From the human T2T-CHM13v2.0 reference genome, Homo sapiens, in assembly GCF_009914755.1 (NCBI RefSeq), contig NC_060937.1: DNA of 64,000 nt. One strand, given 5' to 3'. The notes beneath the pieces are model-generated. The model saw nothing but the letters and a program-made list of their open reading frames with translations. It ran no database searches and was not told the origin of the DNA. Made by a program: the position numbers and the translations under genes. Every line of letters starts with the position of its first letter. Within the stretch, counting starts at the first letter, position 1. Positions 54,584-64,000 of the stretch are shown here, in pieces.

Positions 54584-56413
54584 AAATAATGTGACTATTT
54601 CTTACATTTAGTAGAGAGCTGTTTGTAGGTAGGGATATGGAGTTGTTTCAATAGACTTTTATTGTTATACATTTTCATGACAGCTACTTAGAGTTCATTC
54701 CTGATTCTCTTTATTACATTTAAATTTGGTGACTTGGATGGTCACAGCACTAAATGTCTTTCTTTTCCTTCAGGGAGATTTGTACATGTTTTGATGGACA
54801 CTTAGTGTCATGATGAAAAATAAATTGTCTCTATTTTTCCTTTCCAATGTCAATAATTTTGTATGATTATATGCCTTCTGAAATTGCTGTTGTTCTATTG
54901 TATTTTCAAGGTCCACTTAAGTACTCAAATCTACTCACAGTTATATCCCTGGGTGGCAGTTTAAAAAATGTAAAATATTACATAGCAAAACAAAGTCTGT
55001 CTTTAAAGAAAGACGGCATTTTTATCTCCATTTAAAGGAAAGTTATAGAGCTTTTACCCATCTCAAAAGCCCAGAAAGGTTAAATAACTACCCAAGGTCA
55101 CATAACTTGTAAATGGCAGATCTGCCCGACTCCAAACTTCTCAGCCTCCCACTGACATCCCAGGGCCTCAGTTCATATCAGCGTGAAGCAACTGATGCTT
55201 CAACATGGGTACCCCTGGATGCCTGGCCTCAGGCAGATGAGGAGCTGAAATGCTGTCTTTTTCTACACTTATTCATTCAAAAAACATTTTTCAAGTACCA
55301 GATGCAGGGCCCTATGTTTGCAACAATAAATCCTGTTCTTGGCCCGAGAAAGGCTTTGCCAAATGAGGGATGGAATCTTATGAATTAAAAAAAGAAGAAA
55401 GAAAAAGCACAATTACACGTTAAGTGCTGTAAAAAGGAACGTGGAAGAATAGAGAAGGAACGGAATCTTCTACTGCGACAGGGTGTGGGGTAGGATGGTG
55501 AGATGGGCATGGGGCCCGCCTGTCCCTGGAAGCTGTGCAAAAGAGATGGGTAGACAGAGATAAGTGTCCACCACAATCAGGAATTAGATGAAATCCAAAC
55601 TCCTTGTTTAAAAAACTTAAATCCTCAAGATTGCTCAAATCCGATTTTTATTTTTACTTTTATATCCGATACACTACCTACTCCTGCTTATATTTCTCAA
55701 ATCAAGCTCTCCTTTCAATACCCATTTTCACCATCTTATCCAAAGATACCACTACCCTAATAACACGTTACAAGGATGGAATATTACCTTAAAAAGGTTT
55801 AACTTCTTCAACCCTTCTAATCTGCCCTACTTACTGCCGCCGGATCTATCTTCTTGGAATGCATTCTTGACCATGTTATTTTTATTCTCAAAACTTTTTA
55901 ATGGCTTCTTAGGACCAAAGTAATTGGTTGCAAGTTATGTTTGCAATCCACTCCACTTTTGTAAGTAAAATCTTAGACACAGAACTCCAACGACTAAAGT
56001 ACATTAAAATGTAATTTATTTGCAGAAGAATTGTCTCCAGCCCTGTGGGCCTTGGGGATTGGGAAAACATCGTTTTTAAACACAAAGGATCAAGAAGTAC
56101 TCCTTGGAGCAGCATTAATAGGCACCAATACTACGAACTAGAATTTAGAGCCTTGCCACTGGCCAGCGCTGGGGTCAGTCGGGAGCATGCCAGCAAGGCT
56201 GACCCTCAGTTTCACTGAGGCCGGAGTCATAAGCAGCACTTTAAAGATCCCTGGGTAATTTGGATGCATTTTGAGATGTGAGCCGCATAGATTTAAGGTA
56301 CTTTAGCATTCTGCAGCTTTCACTTATTGATTGTATGATTCCCACCGTCTGACCCCAGCAGTCTTCACCGAAGGTGAACACCCACTAGAAGCATACATTA
56401 CTATATTTCATGT

Positions 56414-56937
56414 TGACAAGTGAGGCCAGCTGGACTTCCTGGGTCGAGTGGGGACTTGGGGAACTTTCCTGTGTCTTACAAGAGAATTGTAAGACGCACC
56501 AATCAGCACTCAGTAAAACACACCAATCAGGACTCTGTAAAACGCACCAATCAGCACTCTGTAAAATGCACCAATGAGCAGGATTCTAAAAGTAGCCAAT
56601 CATGGGAAGGATTGAAAAAAGGGCACTCTGATAGGACAGAAACGCTGATAGGACAGAAACGGAACATGGGAGGGGACAATAAGGAAATAAAAGCTGCCTG
56701 CCCCCCCACACCACCAGCCAGCAGCAACAACCCGGTGTGATACTCTTGCAAGCTGTGGAAGGTTTGTCCGTTGGCTCTTCACAATAAACCTTGCTACTCA
56801 TCACTGTTTGGGTCCCTACCATCTTTAAAAGCTGTAATACTCACCTGCTATCTTTAAGAGCTGTAACGCTTATTGTGACGATCCGGGACTCCATTCTTGG
56901 AAGTCAGCAAGACCACAGCAGAAACCGACTCCAGACA
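56414..56937 (+). mobile_element. LTR12F-like (ERV9) solo LTR
   Basis: Start tgacaagtgaggccagctggacttcctgggtcgagtggggacttgg; five CCAAT repeats; aataaaagctg; cacaataaacc poly(A) signal; end ccagaca. Confidence 0.93.
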
Positions 56938-58794
56938 GTTTCCTGTGCTCCAGGTGTGCGGGGGCCCCTTCCTCTTAGGCTGTGTTGTGTGTTCTCACTT
57001 TTACTTCACCATCTGAGTTTTCCTGCCCACCCTGTTCCCTACCCTCAACTTCTGCCAATCGGAAAACAACCTATAAAACGCAGCACCAAGATTCCCACCG
57101 CCCCCTCCCTCCCACAATGTGGTTCCTTCTCAATTTCTCAAACAGGTGAGATCTATTTTCTTGAGACTTCATAGCACTCACCACAATGCTTAAGAGAATT
57201 GGTGTGTTAGATTTTCGAGGTTTTAGTATTTGGTTTTCATTTTACCTCCTCCCAGATAGAAGACTTTGAGGGATCGAGAACTTTTGGTGCTTAGCATGAT
57301 GTTTCAAGTATTCATGAAATATTTCGGGAATGGAACTGATAGTTACTGAAAAGAGATGTCAGCGGAAGGGGAGTAAGCTGAAGTCAAAGGACCAAGGCTC
57401 TAATTCTACCCCTGCCAAAACCCAAGGTACCTTAGTCAAGCTCCCTAAGGCCTGTAATTCAACTTCTGTGACATGAAGAGTCCTTTTCAAACTCTAGGAT
57501 TATATTATTTGTGGGTGGAGGTGGTCATGTGTGAAACATCTGCCAAGACTATAAATTTCAACTCACATTCATGATGTTAGAAAACTGAAGTCCATCCTAT
57601 ATATATTTACTCTCAAAAATATACACAAAAATATGAAAAATGAAAGCAACACTCTGAAACCAAATTCCATGGAGTTATCAGGTTTCCAATTACATGTCAT
57701 TTTTTTAAAAAAAATCTTGAAGTCAGTTTATTTATTCAGCTAAAAATCTCCCTTCAAAAGCCTTTAAAGAAAGCTTATAAGATGCTTATAATGAAAGGTT
57801 TATAATACCACAAAATGATATGAACTAAAGAAAAATAAGAGTGGGAAAATGGGACAGAACAGAGTGAAGCCCAGAGGCAAAGCAAAATTTTATTAAGACA
57901 ATTATTTGCAGCTTTTCTAATGTACAAGTAGACAACAGAGATCCTGAAGTTATTCTGCACAAAGCTTTAGCATCCAACCTAGAAAGGAAACGTCCCCCAG
58001 ATAAACAACTCATAAACTTCACAAGGTAAGTACAAACCAGCTGCAGAGAAATACAGCTGTTTCTGAGTCCTTCATAAAAACGTTATTATGTAACAAACTA
58101 TGCTCTCAGAGACATTATAGTAGATAAAATGATGGGTTTTCATAGGGTATTCTAAGAGTCCTCGTGGTCTGATGGCATCAAATTGATTTTGATTTCATTA
58201 AATTTAATTCTACAAGAGTCAGCACGGAACAGATAACCACAAGCTCTCTAATGATCTGACATGGTTCAAGGCCATATTTTAGAATATCGTGCACATAAAA
58301 CAGGCTCTGTCATCTTTACAATCAAGATTTGATGAATATTGGAGACAAAAGCTAAAAACATCCAGTAAGTATTTGGAAGGTACACATTTAGCATTGAGAG
58401 TTGAATGAGGACTTGTGAATGAAGACACTGGAGCTGGATTGGGGTTGGCTGCCCTTAGGAAAGCCAAGAAGCTTGTGGAGACATAGTTACCTGCCCGAAG
58501 ATAATGCCACATTTCAATAGGAAAATGGCTTTGCATATTTTCCCATGCACAAATGGACAACGGAACCCCCGAAGTTATTGCCTGTGTGACTCCAGTGATT
58601 TTAACCTTCAAAAATTTAAGGCAGGTAGAGATAGAGAACCATGGAGTGCAAAGGGAAATAGAAATGTTTTAATGCACACGGGACACAAAGGAGTTTTACT
58701 GTACCTGGATTTAACTTTAACAAATGATTTTTTGCTTTCTCCAAAATGACACTGGTCATTTGGCAAGATGGAATGCTGACTGGGAATTGTTTTT

Positions 58795-59149
58795 CCTTTT
58801 TCTTATTGTTATTTCAATAGACTTTTGGGGAACAGATGTTGTTTAGTTACATGAATAAGTTCTTTAATGGTGACTTCTGAGATTTTGGTGCACCATCACC
58901 CAAGCAGTGTACTTTACCCAACGTGTAGTCTTTTATCCTTCACCCCACTCCCACCCTTCCCCCTAGTCCTCAAAGTCCAATGTATCATTCTTATGCCTTT
59001 GCATCCTCATAACGTAGTTCTCACTTACAAGTGAGAATATACGATGTTTGGTTTCCATTCCTGAGTTACTTCACTTAGAATAATGATCTCTAACTCCATC
59101 CAGGTTGCTGCGAGTGCTACTATTTCATTCCTTCTTACAGCTGAGTAGT
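58795..59149 (-). mobile_element. L1PB1-like 3' end
   Basis: ttttggggaacag...gttacatgaataagttcttta...ctgagattttggtgcacc...tgtatcattcttatgcctttgcatcctcata. Confidence 0.9.
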
Positions 59150-59811
59150 TGAACAGGAAATTTTAATAAAGATCTTTTAAAGGCATAGAAAAAAAGGTGC
59201 AAAAGTACATTAAAATGTTACAGGTGCTGGGATTACAATTTATTTTATACTTTATTTTTAAAATTTCTACAATGTATGTGAATTACAAGCTTGAATACAA
59301 TAAATATTAAGTAATGATAAAGATACAAAGAAAAATACGTCATTCCATTGCAAGGTGAATGAAGACTGCCGTCAAAAGAGCTATTAGATGTTTATTCTAC
59401 AGAAGACAGGAAGTCTGAATTTTGGCCATTTTCTGAGGGGAAAAAAGACAAATTAATAAAGATGAATTGCCTAGAGATAGATTTTAATGAAAGTGAACAT
59501 ACAACAGCAGCATACTTATTACCTTGAATTGGTGATTTAATAGAGGCACAGCTGGTAGCACAATACATATTGTTTAAACTATTTGAGCACATCTGGTCAT
59601 ATCCTATTAAATCATTTAAATCCAGGTAAAATTGGGGACCTCCCCACGTCCATGGGAATTATGACAGAAAACTTTCCGAACAGCAAAACACATGCAAGGA
59701 GACACAGTAATACCTACAGAAAAACCTTACTAGTATTCAAGTTAAATTAGGTATTTGTTGGACCCTGGGATAAATGTGGAAATTGACAAACACAATTAAA
59801 AGACTTACTTT

Positions 59812-60110
<299 letters not shown>

Positions 60111-60389
60111 TTACTTTGCTTCAGGAATACTGACATTTTTAAATGAAGGAGAGAATCATAAAGTTGTAACTACATTCTAAGAGCAGACAGCTTTTAAGTG
60201 ACAGGTCTTACAGAGGCATATCTTTAGTCATACATGCAACCATTCACTAACCAAACACTTTTTACAGAACTAGTATGTATGTGCCTGCCACTGATGCACA
60301 TTGGTGATGAAGTGGTGAACCCGGTAATTACAGAGCTTACAGTCAAAGGTGGAGAGGAGCAGATAGTACACTAAAGTGTGATGTGTGCT

Positions 60390-61480
<1,091 letters not shown>

Positions 61481-62038
61481 CTCATAATAGAACTATGTAG
61501 GGAAAGTATCTTACTATTTTAAAGAAGGCCCAAAACAGAGAGATTTAGAGAGTAAGTAACATGTAATTTTAGAACTTTCCTACAGCTGAATTGTTAATAA
61601 TCCATAACGCAGAAACCATAACTAAAATTGTGAACTCTCCCTGACACTACCAATTAACAAAGCATTGTTTTTCAACCTTTGAAAACCTCTAATTCATTTA
61701 TTAAATGAATTTGCTAACGTTGGGGACTTTGCCTTCTCCATCCTGAGCATCATTCCATCTGGCCCACAGTAGCATTCAATAAATGACTGTTGAGTGAATG
61801 AACAAACTGCTCAGTAAGGAAGTGTTTATTTGGAGCCTCAATGTTACTTTTTATCATCTTTTTTGAAGAGATTCACAACAGAATTCTCGTATGTCTGGAA
61901 AAACATATATGGAGAGAAACAGGGAAAGTATAACAAATGTCTGAAATTTGCCTTGGAAATGGCCTTAAAATGTTGAGGAAGTTTGAGCCTCATGAAAAAT
62001 TTAATTAAATAATTTCAATTATTGAAATTACCACTCTT

Positions 62039-62347
<309 letters not shown>

Positions 62348-63469
62348 TTACCACTCTTGTAAAAATCACAGGAAAGGCTGACTGAGATACCATTCCACCA
62401 GATGCCACTCTATCTTGATGCCTCATGTTTGAATCTGTTCTATTTCTCAGAATAGAATAGTACTCTAATTACTAGCAATGTTTTGTTGACATTTGTTCAG
62501 AAAAAAATTTCCCGTTCTTATGTGTGATTTATTTTATAAAGCAACAAGAAAAATATTTCAGCAAAACACATCTATAATATCAATGTGATAATCATTTCTC
62601 TTTAAAAGATCATTTTAGAAGTGTTGAAACAAATTATTTCTTAAAGCAAAAATTTAGCTGCACAATTTATTATAGAGATCATGTACAATGTATTTTCTGT
62701 TTCACATAAGCCAATTACCTAACCAAAGCTTTAACCATTTATTGTCTCAAGACAGTTAAGAATACAAAATAAAGTTAAGACATGATCACTGTTTCAGGGA
62801 ATTCAAACCTAGCTAGATGAACACACCGAAAGAAGCAAGCAAGATACTAAAAGTGACTAAATAATTTGTGAAATATATAATGGCATATGACATTGAAATC
62901 ACATGATGCAAATAATTAATCAATAGCTTAGAGAAAATACCCTCAGTAAGAACTAGAGGAATCCAAAATGACCTCATAGAGGATGAGGAGCTGGGAAGAG
63001 CTTGAAGAAGAGAAAGAGTTTTACTAGGAGCACAGACATGGAAAGGCCGCCTAGCCAGGAGAATCTTAAAAGTCAATGTAGTACAGTAGATGGAAACCCC
63101 CTACGAAGCTGCTTTTTTGCCAGCTCTAGCTTGATCTAATCAGCATTGAAGTTGAAAGACATATTCTACCAAAAATTGCAATTCTGGAGAGACCTATAAT
63201 AAATACATATATGAATATATATTAATATATATGAATACATATCACAGGAATATATACGATACATAGCAGAAGATTATATATATCTCATATCTGAGGGGTT
63301 TATATATGTAAGTATCATATCAATGGGACTCAAATTCTATCTATGAACACAGATGCTCCAAGACATAAATTCCTCACCCTTGAAGCTTGCTCTTCCCAAA
63401 AATCCCCTCAGAGAAAATGGCATCTTTCTTCAGATCCATAAATTTCACTCTCAGTGGCTAAAATCATTC

Positions 63470-63780
63470 CACAGTCAGCCAATCAAGAAAGCTCGAGGAA
63501 GCAGTTTCTCCCACCGTGGGTGAGTCCGGGCCCCTGGTCTGGGGTTCCTCTTCCTGTCTGTCGCTGGGCGGCTCTTTAGTTCTCCGGTGGTGCCTTTCCA
63601 TCAGGAGCGCCAAGGTGCTGCCTCCACCATCCTCTTAGAAGCTCTCCTTAGCCAAAACCCACTTTTTCCTATCATTTCCTAGTATGGCTTTCCAGATGAC
63701 TTCTGCTGGGTTCCTTCCGTGGCTCAGTTCTCTGCTGTCAAAGTGCTGTGGGGCCAGAAACCGCTTCATTCAAGCCCTCT
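63470..63780 (+). promoter_or_regulatory. Candidate promoter/enhancer with possible first-exon donor
   Basis: Non-repeat, locally GC/CpG-enriched; agccaatca CCAAT, gaggaagc and ctcttcct ETS cores, tgg|gtgagt donor at 63519/63520. Confidence 0.35.
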
Positions 63781-64000
63781 CTCTTACTAGTGATTTTCAA
63801 CTAATAGTGATCTTACTTTCTGCTAGTGAATTACCAAAGCTTCCCCCTAAAACACGCTGTTTCTATTTTTATCTCATTTAGAAAGAGGCACTCATAAAAG
63901 CAAACAGCATTCATGGAGCACTTAATGTATGCCAGAGACTAGGTATCTACATGCATTCTCTAATTCAGTGCTCACAACAGCCATTTTACAAAGGAGGAAA

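Noticed and set aside
54748-54773. Isolated good splice acceptor (cactaaat...tttcttttccttcag)
   Set aside because: No nearby donor or open coding frame to define an exon; such sites occur by chance
56183-56200. p53 response element (gagcatgcca / cagcaaggct)
   Set aside because: Half-sites overlap and each deviates from RRRCWWGYYY

Overview
Primate (most likely human) non-coding genomic DNA, intergenic or intronic. I cannot name the locus. No credible protein-coding exon, tRNA, rRNA, snRNA or CRISPR array is visible, and the ORF track is essentially Alu, L1 or low-complexity artefact. The window holds about 38 Alu elements (J, S and Y, most with readable target-site duplications), old L1 and L2 fragments, MIRs, a MER20 and several solo LTRs (two LTR12F-like, MER39, THE1, MST, MLT1, MER21). 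The most distinctive items are a ~4 kb layered AT-rich array (5109-9066), an 11-copy 41-bp GC-rich VNTR (50262-50716), a possible decayed Gypsy-type gag-protease remnant next to it (low confidence), a four-Alu nested and duplicated stack (51646-52886), a 33-bp L1 micro-insertion with a 19-bp TSD, a nearly unmutated AluY, several palindromes and a few candidate cis-regulatory motif clusters. I found no convincing new biological system. Repeat subfamily names and boundaries are by-eye calls from recalled consensus sequences and need RepeatMasker/Dfam confirmation.
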